The notes under the pieces were generated by a model, which saw only the letters and a program-made list of their open reading frames with translations, searched no databases and was not told the origin of the DNA. Both the position numbers and the translations under genes were made by a program. DNA of 42,058 bases from Polyangiaceae bacterium (GTDB taxonomy: Bacteria; Myxococcota_A; Polyangia; Polyangiales; Polyangiaceae): the NCBI GenBank assembly GCA_050012715.1, contig JBEKGQ010000004.1, positions 1 through 42,058 of the forward strand. The letters are read 5' to 3'. Shown here piece by piece: positions 23,838 to 35,665 of this stretch. Within the stretch, counting starts at the first letter, position 1. The number at the start of each line of letters is the position of its first letter.

Positions 23838-25424
23838 ATGAAGTGGTTACGCGCGTCGTTGCTGCTGCTGGTCATGTCGCTGGTGCTCGCCATGGCGTGG
23901 AGCTGCGGTACGAGCAATCCCGGAGGGGGCGGATTCGGACCGACCACGGGCTCGGACGGGAGCACCGCGAGCAGCGGCGGCGGTGACTCGAGCATCATCA
24001 CGAACGGCGGCGACGGCTCCTTCCAGAGCTTCGGCGACGGGCCCCCGCCTCAGGAGTCCGGCGGAGGCGGCGGGTGCACGAACCTGCAGTGCCAGGTGCA
24101 CCAGTGCGGGGGCAGCGCGGACGGCGGCGATGGAGGCGGCACCACGCTCTCCGGGACCGTGTTCGATCCGGCGGGCCGGAATCCGCTCTACAACGTCGCC
24201 GTCTACATCCCGAACTCGCCGGCCGGAAAGCTCGACGCCATCCCCATCGGGATCGGCGCCAACTCGTGCTCGTGCAGCGCGCTCTTCTCGGGGCAGCCGA
24301 TCGTCTACGCGACGACGGACACGTCCGGGAACTTCACGCTCTACAACGTGCCCGACGGCGACATGATCCCGCTCGTCGTGCAGATCGGCAAGTGGCGCAA
24401 GGAGATCACCGTCCCGACCATCAAGCAGTGCCAGCCCAACTCGGCTGGCAACATCTCGCTGCCCAAGAACCTCACGGACGGAATGTACGCGAGCTTGCCG
24501 AACATCGCCGTTTCGACGGGTGGGCTCGACACGCTCGAGTGCCTGCTCACGCGCGTGGGCGTCGACGAGGCCTTCTTCACGGGTCAGACGGCGGGCCCCG
24601 GCGTCCACATCTTCCAGGGCTTCGGCGGCAACGCGGCCGCCGGGTCCGAGACGTCGCCCGCGCATCTATGGGACAGCCTGGGCGACCTCAAGCAGTACGA
24701 CATCATCATGCTGTCCTGCGAGGGCGAGCCGACCGTGGGCGTGAGCGCGACGACCGCGACCTACCTCGGGCCGTACGTCGATCAGGGCGGGCGCGTCTTT
24801 GCCGAGCACTACCACTATGCGTTCTTCACGAACGACAACTCGCTCACGGGGACGGCCTACCCGGAGTTCACCAACGTGGCGAGCTGGACGAACCTCGGCG
24901 CCTTCGGGAACGACTCGCCCTACAACAGCGACATCACGGGCGTCATCGAGTCGACGCTCCCGAACGGGATGAACTTCCCGGAGGGCAAGGACCTCAAGGC
25001 CTGGCTCGGCACGGTCAAGGCGCTCAACACCAACGGCGAGATCGTCGTCCCGTCGGCGAACGCGCGCGACACGGCGACCATCAGCGCCACGAACCTCGCG
25101 ACGCCGTGGGTCGTCACCGATCCGTCGATCAGCCCGCCGAGCGCGCAGTACTTCTCGTGGGACCAGCCATTCGACGCCGGGTTGAGCGACGCGGGCGTAC
25201 CGCAGTACTGCGGGCGGGTCGTCTACAGCGACATGCACGTGTCCGGCTCGGCCGCCGACTACGAGAACGGCAACACCACGGTGCCGACGGGCTGCGACAG
25301 CACGGCAGCGCTGACGGCGGACGAGGACGCCATCGAGTTCATCCTCTTCGATCTCTCGTCGTGCATCACGCCCGTCGGCTTCACGCCGCAGCCGCCGCAG
25401 CCCGAAGGCGGCATCGCCCAGTAA
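23838..25424 (+). CDS. Secreted lipoprotein of unknown function with Cys-rich N-terminal segment and carboxypeptidase-regulatory-like beta domain
   Basis: [11 protein letters not shown] lies 6 nt before ATG 23838 (ATG 23832 abuts the SD). Signal plus lipobox LVLAMAWS-C. GGGGCTNLQCQVHQCGG. LSGTVFDPAGRNPLYNVAVYIPN...TDTSGNFTLYNVPDG. The 948-aa track ORF is an upstream artefact running through the GT gene region. Confidence 0.8.
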   Translation: MKWLRASLLLLVMSLVLAMAWSCGTSNPGGGGFGPTTGSDGSTASSGGGDSSIITNGGDGSFQSFGDGPPPQESGGGGGCTNLQCQVHQCGGSADGGDGGGTTLSGTVFDPAGRNPLYNVAVYIPNSPAGKLDAIPIGIGANSCSCSALFSGQPIVYATTDTSGNFTLYNVPDGDMIPLVVQIGKWRKEITVPTIKQCQPNSAGNISLPKNLTDGMYASLPNIAVSTGGLDTLECLLTRVGVDEAFFTGQTAGPGVHIFQGFGGNAAAGSETSPAHLWDSLGDLKQYDIIMLSCEGEPTVGVSATTATYLGPYVDQGGRVFAEHYHYAFFTNDNSLTGTAYPEFTNVASWTNLGAFGNDSPYNSDITGVIESTLPNGMNFPEGKDLKAWLGTVKALNTNGEIVVPSANARDTATISATNLATPWVVTDPSISPPSAQYFSWDQPFDAGLSDAGVPQYCGRVVYSDMHVSGSAADYENGNTTVPTGCDSTAALTADEDAIEFILFDLSSCITPVGFTPQPPQPEGGIAQ

Positions 25425-25435
25425 CCGCCACCGCC

Positions 25436-26083
25436 TCAGTGACGACCCGGGCGACGGGCACTCTCCGGTTCCTGGACCAGGCACCGGAGGGCCCCGCCAT
25501 CGGGGGTCCGCCCCAGGGAGACGCGGCATCCGTGTGAGCCGTGGACGACGTCGAGCGTCACCTCGCCGACGCCGTCGACGAGGTCCACGAGCTGGAACGC
25601 GCACTGAGAAATGGGGTCGTCGTCGCTCCCGCTCCCCTTCGTCGGCGAGCCCAAGCCCATGGCGACCGTGCCCCCGTCGTGCGGCGCGTGCGTCTCCGCG
25701 TCCAGGCGCTCGCCCCCCGCCAACCTGTCCCGCAGCTCCTTGTAGAGGTCCGCCATGGCTTGTCCGCGCGTCCGCACGACGCCGCGGCCGGAGCCGAACA
25801 CGACGCGATAGGTCGCTTCGGCCTCCGACGGGGGGCACGGCTCGCGGCTCGCGGCGCACAGCGTGATCGTGAAGGCATGCGACGAGTCGACGGGGAGGGT
25901 CCCGGCGTCGGTCGGGGCGCCCGCACCGCCCGTGAGGAGCGCGTCGACGGCGTTCGAGGACGACGCCGGCGCCAGGCTCTCGGGCGAGAACGGAGGAGGA
26001 TGCGACGAGAATCGCTCCTCGCAAGCGGCGGCGGTGACCGCGAAAGCGAGCGCGATGGCGAGCGCCGCGAGAGGCCGGGACAC
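25436..26083 (-). CDS. Lipoprotein of unknown function (215 aa)
   Basis: GTG start at 26083, 2 nt after the upstream stop. Signal plus lipobox SRPLAALAIALAFAVTAAA-C. Coding-like GC3. Confidence 0.6.
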   Translation of the reverse strand: MSRPLAALAIALAFAVTAAACEERFSSHPPPFSPESLAPASSSNAVDALLTGGAGAPTDAGTLPVDSSHAFTITLCAASREPCPPSEAEATYRVVFGSGRGVVRTRGQAMADLYKELRDRLAGGERLDAETHAPHDGGTVAMGLGSPTKGSGSDDDPISQCAFQLVDLVDGVGEVTLDVVHGSHGCRVSLGRTPDGGALRCLVQEPESARRPGRH

Positions 26084-26085
26084 GA

Positions 26086-27009
26086 TCAGAGCCCCAGGCA
26101 CCCCTTCGCGTCGGTCGCGTCCATGCAGTCGTACGCGATCGAATCGAAACCGTCGTACCACAGCCCGGCGTCGCGCCCCGCCCGCGCCTCGCCGGGCCCG
26201 AGGCTCGTCGCGTGGCACCCGCTCCGATCCACCTCGCTATGCCGCGCCGGGCACCAGTTGCAAGCGACCGCGCGGTCGCAGTGGTTCGTGATCGACCCGA
26301 CCACCTCGCTCACGTTGCGCTGCTCCACGTCGAGCGATACGCACGCGCGCATCTCGTGACACGCGGGCGGGGGCGGCGGGGTGACACCCGATACGTAGTG
26401 GGGCACGGGCGGCGGTAGCGCCTGCGCCACGTTGGGGGCGTTTGGCCGCGGCTTGGGCCCGAGGACCACGTGATCCGACGGATCCACCCCGAGAGAGCGC
26501 GCGCGGCCGCAGCTCCGGTCGTCGCCGAGCTTGCAGGCGCTCGCGAAGAGCCGTCCGGCGTCCTCGGGGCTCCGCGGGTCGACGTCCTGATAGAGCTCCG
26601 CCGTCCGTGCGCAGATCGTCGGGCGCGCGTCCGTCGCCCCGTCGACCGCCACGACCATCCCCGAGCACGCCTTCTCGCCGGCCGTGCGCGCCCGCTGGAG
26701 CTCGCCGGGAGCCAGGCGCGGCTGCCCTCGCACGAGCGCCAGGTACTCCTCGCAGCCGCGAGGATCCTCGAGATCGCACGCCTTGCGCGCGTACCCGAGG
26801 GCCGGCATGGGCTGCTCGTCGGCGGCCAGCCGCTTCGCGACCATGGTGCACGCCGCCCCCTGGCGCATCGTCAGCGCGTCGTTGCCGTCGGCCACGCCCA
26901 GCGTGCACCGATCGAGCTCCGCCCGCGGCACCGTCGCCGCGCAAGCCACGCACACCACGGACGCGAGGGCCGGGAGCCTCACCCACGCCAACACCGCGCC
27001 GACCTTCAT
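26086..27009 (-). CDS. Secreted Cys-rich protein: Sel1-like (Hcp-type, disulfide-bracketed) repeats plus a second Cys-rich C-terminal domain
   Basis: Signal MKVGAVLAWVRLPALASVVCVACA. SLR-like units ARKACDLEDPRGCEEYLAL and FASACKLGDDRSCGRARSLG. Pro-rich hinge. C-terminal domain with ~9 Cys (ACHEMRACVS...HCDRAVACNWC...GCHAT...YDCMDATDAKGC). Confidence 0.65.
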   Translation of the reverse strand: MKVGAVLAWVRLPALASVVCVACAATVPRAELDRCTLGVADGNDALTMRQGAACTMVAKRLAADEQPMPALGYARKACDLEDPRGCEEYLALVRGQPRLAPGELQRARTAGEKACSGMVVAVDGATDARPTICARTAELYQDVDPRSPEDAGRLFASACKLGDDRSCGRARSLGVDPSDHVVLGPKPRPNAPNVAQALPPPVPHYVSGVTPPPPPACHEMRACVSLDVEQRNVSEVVGSITNHCDRAVACNWCPARHSEVDRSGCHATSLGPGEARAGRDAGLWYDGFDSIAYDCMDATDAKGCLGL

Positions 27010-27046
27010 CTTCGCCAGGCTATCACTGCCGTACGGCCTTCGGCGC

Positions 27047-27076
27047 GAGCGCGGGGCCGGGGGGCCCTCCGCGCTC
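27047..27076 (-). terminator. GC-rich hairpin between the histidine-kinase stop and the next gene; possible terminator or attenuator without a U-tract
   Basis: GAGCGCGG (27047-27054) pairs with CCGCGCTC (27069-27076), with further G/C pairing inside. It lies in the 87-bp gap 27010-27096. Confidence 0.3.
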
Positions 27077-27096
27077 CTCGCCTTGCGCTTGCCCGC

Positions 27097-29069
<1,973 letters not shown>

Positions 29070-29073
<4 letters not shown>

Positions 29074-30140
29074 GGGCCCTGCTCCCGCGTGCGCGTGCGC
29101 GGATCGAGGGCGGCGATCGCCGGAGCGATCTCGCCGAGCGGCAGGATGCGCTCGGCGGCGTCGAGGTTCGCCGCTTCGCGAGGCATGCCGTAGATGACGG
29201 AGGTCGCCTCGTCCTGAGCGATGGTCAGCCCGCCGGCCCGCCGGATCTGCAGCAGCCCGGTCGCCCCGTCACGGCCCATCCCGGTGAGCAGGCAGCCCGC
29301 GGCGGCCGCTCCCAGCTCGCGGGCCATCGACTCGAAGAGCACGTCGACCGACGGGCGGCACGAGTGCCGCTCGGGATCGCCCGTCAACCGGAAGACGCCG
29401 TTGCGGATCACCAGGTGCTGCTCGGGGGGGGCCATGACGACGCGCCCGGCCGCCGAGCCGATCGTCTCCCCGTCGCGCGCGAAGGCGACGCGGCGCGTGG
29501 TCTGCGCGTCGAGCCAGTCGGCGAACGACGGGCCGAAGATGGCGCTGATGTGGAGGACGAAGACGAGCGGAAGCGAGAACTCCGTCGGCAGCGCGCGCAG
29601 GAGATCCACGAGGGCGCTCGGTCCGCCGGTCGACGCGCCCACCGCGACGAGGCTGACCGTGCGCTCGGGCGCGCCCGACGGTCGCCGCACCGGCGCCGAG
29701 GGATCCCGGCCGGTGAGGCGGGCGCGCGGGTGCGTGATCACGCGGATCTTCGCGATGAGCTTGATCGTCGCGAGAAACTGGCGCTCCCACGCGTCGTCGG
29801 TCGCGTCACCCCGCGGCTTGTCGAGCACGTCGACCGCGCCCGCCGCCAGCGCCTCGTACGTCTTGTACACCTCGCCGCGGTTCGTCGACGCCGAGACGAC
29901 GAGGATGGGCGTCGGGAAATGCGCCATCACGTACTCGGTCGCGGCCAACCCGCTCATGACCGGCAGCATCATGTCGAGCGTGACCACGTCCGGGCGAAGA
30001 TCGCCGCACAGCTCGATCGCGCGCTTGCCGTCGCCGGCCTCGCCGACCACCTCGATGTCCGGATCGCGCCCGAGGATCTCGCAGAGGCGCCGGCGCACCG
30101 TCAGCGAGTCGTCGACGACGAGGACGCGGACCTTGGCCAT
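29070..30140 (-). CDS. cheB: Chemotaxis response regulator protein-glutamate methylesterase CheB
   Basis: REC: VRVLVVDDSLTVRR...VVTLDMMLPVMSG. Methylesterase: AVGASTGGPSAL, VLHISAIFGPSFADWL, LTGMGRDGATGL. The start is ATG MAKVRV at 30140; the track ORF to 30743 is an extension. Confidence 0.9.
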
Positions 30141-30142
30141 GG

Positions 30143-32176
30143 TCAGCCCACCTGCTCCCGGATGCGCGCGAGGAGGGCCACCTGGTCGAACTCGCTCTTG
30201 ACCACGTAGTCGAGCGCGCCGACCTCCCGACCCCGCCGGAGATCGTCGGGCGAGGAGCGCGAGCTCACGAGAATGGCCGGGATCGACCGCAACAGGGGGT
30301 CCGCGCGGGTGCGCTCCACGAACGCGAAGCCATCCATTCCGGGCATCTCGATGTCGACCAGGAACAGCGCGAAGCGTCCAGCACGCGCCTTGTCGAGCCC
30401 CTCCTCCGCGGAGGCCGCGACGTCGACCTCGTAGCCCGCCGACTCGAGGATGCTGCGTTCGAGCATGCGCGTCGTCAGCGAGTCGTCGATGACGAGGATC
30501 GGCTTGGGGGCGGCCGCGGGGGCGCGCTCCTCGCGCCCCACGCGTCGCGCGGCGAGCACGAGCGCGTCGGGGTCGAGGACGAGCAGCGGGTCTCCCTCCG
30601 CGTCGAGCGAGGCGCCCGCGACGACCGGGGCCGCCGGCGCGAGCCTCGGCAGCGGTCGAAGCACCACGTGCTGCGTGCCGAGGAGTCGATCGACCCCCAC
30701 GACGGCAGCCCCCGACGCGCCGCGCACGACGACCGCCGCCCACCAGGCCGGCGGACGGGCGGCCGCGCGCCGCACGGACAGGGTCGAGGCGAGCGGGACG
30801 AACGGGAGGACCTTCCCTTCGTCCATCACCGACTCGCCGGCCGCGGTGACCGCGACCTCGGCGGCACGGACGCGGGTCGTCCGCGCGACGGCGTCGAGCG
30901 GGATCGTCGCCGTCACGCCGCCCGCCTCGACCATCAGGCCCTGGAGAGATGCCACCGACACGGGAACGAGCAGCTCGACGGTCGTCCCGGCCCGCGGCTC
31001 GGTCGAGACGCGCACCTCGCCCCCGAAGCGCTCCACCGTCTCGCGGACCACGTCGAGCCCGACCCCCCGGCCGGCGATCTCCGTCACCGAGGCCGCCGTC
31101 GAGACGCCGCCGGCCAGGAGCAACCGGAGGAGCTCGCCCGCCCCGAGGGAGCGCGCGGCGTCCGGGGTCAGCCCCCGGCGCTGCGCGGCGCGACGTACCG
31201 CCTCCACGTCGACCCCACGCCCGTCGTCGGTGGCCACGAACGCCACCCGCCGTCCGCGCCGCGCGACGTCGACGGTCACGCGACCCGTGCCGCGCTTGCC
31301 CGCCGCGAGCCGCTCGGCCTCCGGCTCGATGCCGTGGGCCACGGCGTTGCGCACCACCTGGACGAGGGCGTTCTGTACCGCCGCGAGCACCGGCCCGTCG
31401 AGGCGCACGTCCCCTCCGCGCCCTTCGAACGCGACGCTCCGCCCGAGGGTGCCGGCCGCATCTCGCGCGGCGCGCTCGAGCGACGTGAACATCACGCTCG
31501 CCGGGGTCAGCCGCAGCTGCTCCGCCGACCGCCGCACCTGCGTGAGCTCCCGGTCGACGAGGTCGATGCCGGACGACAGCGTCCGTTCGAGCGCGCCGAG
31601 CACCCCGCGCAGCTCCTCCGCCATCGAGCGCGCCTTGGCGTCCACCCTCTCGTGCTCGCGCGGGGACGCCAGCTGGTCGACGACGAGCTCCGCGAGGCGC
31701 TGCGCCCGCTCGACCTCGTCGAGGGCCCGGCGCACGGGCGTCAGCTGCGCGTGCAGCTCGGTGACGCCGTCGAGCAGCTCGTCGAGCTCGGGGACGTCGC
31801 CCACGGTGGCGGGAGCGACCTGCTTCGCCTCGGCCTCCGGCGCCGGCCGTCGCGCGGCGGTGTCCGACGCCCCGAGCGCCGCGACGAGCCCGTTCATGTC
31901 GTCGACGAGCGCGAGCAGGGCGTCGACACGGTCGCGCGCGAGCGGTGCCGGCGCGCCTCGGAAGGCGGAGACCGCGTCCTCCAGCGCGTGCGCTCGCTCG
32001 GCGATCGCCGGCTGCTTCACGACCCGCGCCGCCCCCTTGAGCGTGTGGGCGACACGCAGCAGCCGCGCGACGAGCTCCGCCGAAGGCGCTTTCTCGAGCT
32101 CGAGGACCGTCTTGCCGAGCTGATCGATCAGCTCGCGCGCCTCGACCCGGAAGTAGCGGTACGGATCCGGCGACAT
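30143..32176 (-). CDS. cheA: Hybrid CheA histidine kinase (Hpt - dimerisation - HATPase - CheW-like - REC), WspE/FrzE-like
   Basis: Hpt LLRVAHTLKGAARV. Kinase VVRNAVAHGIE, DDGRGVD, GRGVGLDVV. CheW-like region. C-terminal REC ILVIDDSLTTR...LFLVDIEMPGMDG...ILVSS...VVKS. The ATG shares 1 nt with the MCP stop (TGATG). Confidence 0.9.
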   Translation of the reverse strand: MSPDPYRYFRVEARELIDQLGKTVLELEKAPSAELVARLLRVAHTLKGAARVVKQPAIAERAHALEDAVSAFRGAPAPLARDRVDALLALVDDMNGLVAALGASDTAARRPAPEAEAKQVAPATVGDVPELDELLDGVTELHAQLTPVRRALDEVERAQRLAELVVDQLASPREHERVDAKARSMAEELRGVLGALERTLSSGIDLVDRELTQVRRSAEQLRLTPASVMFTSLERAARDAAGTLGRSVAFEGRGGDVRLDGPVLAAVQNALVQVVRNAVAHGIEPEAERLAAGKRGTGRVTVDVARRGRRVAFVATDDGRGVDVEAVRRAAQRRGLTPDAARSLGAGELLRLLLAGGVSTAASVTEIAGRGVGLDVVRETVERFGGEVRVSTEPRAGTTVELLVPVSVASLQGLMVEAGGVTATIPLDAVARTTRVRAAEVAVTAAGESVMDEGKVLPFVPLASTLSVRRAAARPPAWWAAVVVRGASGAAVVGVDRLLGTQHVVLRPLPRLAPAAPVVAGASLDAEGDPLLVLDPDALVLAARRVGREERAPAAAPKPILVIDDSLTTRMLERSILESAGYEVDVAASAEEGLDKARAGRFALFLVDIEMPGMDGFAFVERTRADPLLRSIPAILVSSRSSPDDLRRGREVGALDYVVKSEFDQVALLARIREQVG

Positions 32177-33639
32177 CAGCCCGAAGCCTGCGGCTGCACG
32201 AGGCGAAGCAGCTCTTTCGAGAGCGCGGCGAGCTGCGAGGCGGTCTGCAGCGTCTGCCCCGAGCTCGCCTCGGTCTCCCGCGCGGCCTGCGCGGTGTTCG
32301 CGATGGCCACGTTGACCTGCTCGACCGCGGTCGTCTGTTGCTTCGTCGAGAGCTGGATCTCGCGGGCGGCGTCGGTCGTCGTCTGCACGAGGTCCGCGAC
32401 CTGCTTGAACGACGTCGTCACCTCCCCGAAGAGGCGATTCCCGGAATCGACCGCCTTCGAGCCCGTCTCGGTCGCCATGACCGTCGTGTTGACCGCGCCG
32501 CGCACGTCCTCGATGAGCCCGCGGATCTCCTTGGTCGACGTCCCGACCCGGTCCGCGAGCTTGCGGATCTCGTCCGCCACCACACCGAAGCGCTTGCCCG
32601 TCTCCCCCGCGCCCGCCGCCTCGATCGTGGCGTTGATCGCCAGGATGTTCGTCTGCTCGGCCAGCTCCGAGACGATCTCCAGCACCGACCCGATCTGCTG
32701 CGATTTCTTCCCGAGCTCGAGCATGTGGGCGACCACGAGGTCGACCTGGCGGCGGATCGCGGCGATCGACTCGCTCGCGCGGAGCACGGTCCCCTCCCCC
32801 GAACGCGCCGCGCCGGCGGTCTGGTCGGCGACCGAAGAAACGCGGTGTGCGCTCTCGGCGATCTGCCGCGACGTGGCGAGCAGCTCGCTGATCGTCGTCG
32901 TGATCTCGGTCATCGACGTCGCCGACTCCTTCGCCCCCGAGGCCTGCTGGTTGGCCACCGCCTGCAGCTCGGCCGACGAGCTCTGGACGTGCCGCACCGC
33001 CGAGCCCACCTGGGCCGTCACCGATCGTGTCAGCAACGTCCCCGCCCCCGTCACGAAGAGCAAACAGAGGATCGTGCCCCCGAGGATCGTCGACCGGGCC
33101 GTGCTGGCGGCCGTCTCCACTTCCTCCGCGCGCTCCTTGAGCAGGCCCCGCTCCTCGGCGTCTATCGCGCCCATGATGGCCCGCAGCTCGTCCATGTACC
33201 GCTTGCCTTCGTTGCTCGCGACGATCGGCTGGGTCGCCTCGAAGCCCTGGGCGCGCCGCGTGTCGATCGTCCGCTGGAGCTCGGCGAACTTCTGCGCGAC
33301 GAGCGGCTCGGCCTGGGCGATGCGGCGCGTCTGGTTCGGGTTGTCGGCGGTGAGCTGCTTCAGCTCCTCGAGGAGAGCCGGCGCGCGCCGAGTGCCCGAC
33401 CGGTAGGGCTCGAGGTAGCTGTCGTCCCCGGTGATGACGAAGCCTCGCTGGCCCGTCTCGGCGTCCTTCAACTCGCTGAGGAGGCCGGCGATGCGCTCGA
33501 TGACCGTGTACGTGTGGGTCACCGCGTAGCTCGTCTTCGTCAGCGTATCGACGCTCCGGTAGGCGACGATGCCGATGAGGGCGAGCAGCGCGAACGACAC
33601 CGCGAACCCGCCCGCAATCTTCCTTCCGAACGTCCACAT
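32176..33639 (-). CDS. Methyl-accepting chemotaxis protein with periplasmic CHASE3-like domain; no recognisable HAMP
   Basis: TM1 [25 protein letters not shown]3-like [42 protein letters not shown]2 [19 protein letters not shown]. Signalling hairpin tip [35 protein letters not shown]. Start is ATG MWTFGRK at 33639. Confidence 0.9.
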   Translation of the reverse strand: MWTFGRKIAGGFAVSFALLALIGIVAYRSVDTLTKTSYAVTHTYTVIERIAGLLSELKDAETGQRGFVITGDDSYLEPYRSGTRRAPALLEELKQLTADNPNQTRRIAQAEPLVAQKFAELQRTIDTRRAQGFEATQPIVASNEGKRYMDELRAIMGAIDAEERGLLKERAEEVETAASTARSTILGGTILCLLFVTGAGTLLTRSVTAQVGSAVRHVQSSSAELQAVANQQASGAKESATSMTEITTTISELLATSRQIAESAHRVSSVADQTAGAARSGEGTVLRASESIAAIRRQVDLVVAHMLELGKKSQQIGSVLEIVSELAEQTNILAINATIEAAGAGETGKRFGVVADEIRKLADRVGTSTKEIRGLIEDVRGAVNTTVMATETGSKAVDSGNRLFGEVTTSFKQVADLVQTTTDAAREIQLSTKQQTTAVEQVNVAIANTAQAARETEASSGQTLQTASQLAALSKELLRLVQPQASG

Positions 33640-33641
33640 GG

Positions 33642-34133
33642 TCAGCGCTCCTTCGATCGATCGGGCCGCGCCCGCGCCTCGATGGCGTCGAGCAGGGAAG
33701 GCACGGAGAGCAGGGGGCACGCGCCGCCGGCCAGGCGCGCGAGCCGCGGCGCGTGGCGCGACGAAGGCGCATCGGCGGCGACGAGTGAGGCAGGGTCCAC
33801 CTTCAGGTGGGCCTCGAAGGCGTCGAAGCCGAGCGCCACCACCGCGCTCCCGGCGGTGGACACCATCCAGCGGGGCCCCTCTCCGCGCGGGTAGCCGAGG
33901 AGTGCCCGCAGGTCGTAGACCGGCACGAGCGCGGCGCGAAAGCCCGCGAGCCCGAGGAGCTCGGGGATCGTCGTCGGGAGCGGCGTCACCTTGCGTGCCG
34001 AGAAGAGCCCCGCACACTCCGCCAGTCGAAGCGCGTAGGGGTCACCGGCCACGCGGATCGCGAGCAGGTCCTCCACCGGGGTTTCGTCGCGGGTCGCGGC
34101 GCGGGCGAACCCCTCGTCGAACTCGCGACGCAT
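33642..34133 (-). CDS. cheW: CheW-like coupling protein
   Basis: [23 protein letters not shown]...[32 protein letters not shown] has CheW-domain topology. It lies 2 nt upstream of the MCP start. Start is [11 protein letters not shown] at 34133. Confidence 0.8.
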   Translation of the reverse strand: MRREFDEGFARAATRDETPVEDLLAIRVAGDPYALRLAECAGLFSARKVTPLPTTIPELLGLAGFRAALVPVYDLRALLGYPRGEGPRWMVSTAGSAVVALGFDAFEAHLKVDPASLVAADAPSSRHAPRLARLAGGACPLLSVPSLLDAIEARARPDRSKER

Positions 34134-34168
34134 GGCCTCGGCGCGAAGCGATAGGCGGACGTCGCCGC

Positions 34169-35665
34169 TCACGGGTGGCCTCCGCAGGCCTCGAGCTCGG
34201 CCCGACAGAGGGCGCGCAGCGCCTCCCGGCGGAAACCGCCGCCGAACAGCAGCACCCGCGACGGGTCCTCGCGCTGGAGCAGGACGAGCGCCTGCCCCAG
34301 CTCGCGACGTGCCGTCTCGCGATCGCCCGCCTTCCGCGCGAGCAGGCCGAGGTGCAGACGCGGCATCGCGAAGGATCCGTCGAGATAGAGGGCGACCTGG
34401 TCCTCCTCGACCGCTCCCTGCAGGTCCCCGACCCCCTCGCGGCAGAGGGCGAGCGCGTAGTGCGCGCCGGCGTCGAGCTCGTCGACGGCGAGCGCGCTGC
34501 GGCAGGCCTCCTCGGCCTCGGTCAGACGGCCGCCATGAGTGAGAAGCACCGCACGCAGGAGCAGCGCGTCGGAGTCCACGGCGCTCCCCGCGGTGAGCGC
34601 GCCGACGCGCTCGAGCGCGTCGGCGTAGCGCTCCTCGGCGAGGAGGGCGAGAGCGGGCGCGAGGTCCGGCCGCGCGCGCTCTCCCGGAGATGCGGGCGGC
34701 GGGAGCGCGTCCGGCGGCCGGGAGCTCGTGATGGCCTCGATGCGCGCAGAGGCGCGCTGGATTCGCTCGATCCACGTGCCGTCGACGTCGGGCGCCGGTG
34801 CGATCGGCGCGAAGGGCGGGGGATCGGCGCGGACGCCGTCCCGATCGCGTCGTTGGTAGTAGAACGTCCCGTGCGTGTGGCAGAGGTGGAAGTCGCTCGA
34901 GAGCCCACGCAGTGTCTCGGCGTGCCCGAGGAACAGGTAGCCCCCGGGCACAAGCGAACGCCGGATGCGCTCCACGACCGCCACCGAGCTCTCCGGTGTG
35001 AAGTACATGAGCACGTTGCGACAGAAGACGACGTCGTAGGTCTCCTCCGACCAGAGTCGCGGATCGTCTTCGACGAGGTTGTGCTCCTCGAAGCGCACCC
35101 GCTCGCGGGCGCCGTCGACGAGCTGCAGATCGCGCCCGTCGACGCGAAACCACCGCCGTTCGACGTCCGGCGTCGTCTCGCGCAGCGCCCACGGCGTGAA
35201 GGTCGCGCGCGCCGCTCGCTCGAGAGCAGCGGGGTTCACGTCGACGGCGAGGATCGACGCGTCCCACGATGGGTCCGTCACGTGCTCCCGGACGAAGATG
35301 GCCAGCGAATACGCCTCCTCGCCCGACGCGCAGCCGGCGGAGAGGACGCGGAGCCGGCGCTCGCCGGCCCGAGCGCGCATGCGGTCGGGCAGGACGACCT
35401 CGGAGAGGGCCCGAAACTGGTCGCGATTGCGGAAGAAGTACGTCTCGCCCACCGTGAGGTCCGGGGCGAGAGCGCGCAGCTCGCGGTGCGGATCGGCCTC
35501 GAGCCGAGCGAGGTACGCCTCGACGTCCCGACCTGCGTGCTGCGCGCCGCGCGCCAGAACGTCCTCCAGGAAGCTCGACTTCGTCTCGTCGAAGGCCAGG
35601 CCGAGACCGCGGGCCACGACGGCCCGCAGACGCTCCACGCGATCCGGTCGCGCGACGCGGCTCAC
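34169..35665 (-). CDS. cheR: CheR-type MCP methyltransferase with C-terminal TPR domain (FrzF-like architecture)
   Basis: TVGETYFFRNRDQF, RVLSAGCASGEEAYSLAIF, VDVNPAALERA, FCRNVLMYF, GGYLFLGHAE. The C-terminal ~200 aa is TPR-like (AHYALALCREGVGDLQGAVEEDQVALYLD...). Confidence 0.9.
   Translation of the reverse strand: MSRVARPDRVERLRAVVARGLGLAFDETKSSFLEDVLARGAQHAGRDVEAYLARLEADPHRELRALAPDLTVGETYFFRNRDQFRALSEVVLPDRMRARAGERRLRVLSAGCASGEEAYSLAIFVREHVTDPSWDASILAVDVNPAALERAARATFTPWALRETTPDVERRWFRVDGRDLQLVDGARERVRFEEHNLVEDDPRLWSEETYDVVFCRNVLMYFTPESSVAVVERIRRSLVPGGYLFLGHAETLRGLSSDFHLCHTHGTFYYQRRDRDGVRADPPPFAPIAPAPDVDGTWIERIQRASARIEAITSSRPPDALPPPASPGERARPDLAPALALLAEERYADALERVGALTAGSAVDSDALLLRAVLLTHGGRLTEAEEACRSALAVDELDAGAHYALALCREGVGDLQGAVEEDQVALYLDGSFAMPRLHLGLLARKAGDRETARRELGQALVLLQREDPSRVLLFGGGFRREALRALCRAELEACGGHP

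Noticed and set aside
30143-33772. Single 1209-aa ORF (also 19368..21680, 29070..30743, 33642..35990, 22578..25424, 36222..39509, 39590..41395) taken at face value
   Set aside because: Only the C-terminal parts carry real domains. The N-terminal parts are Arg/Pro-rich and overlap the upstream gene in another frame. I trimmed each to the first start codon that abuts or overlaps the upstream gene's stop and precedes the first domain.
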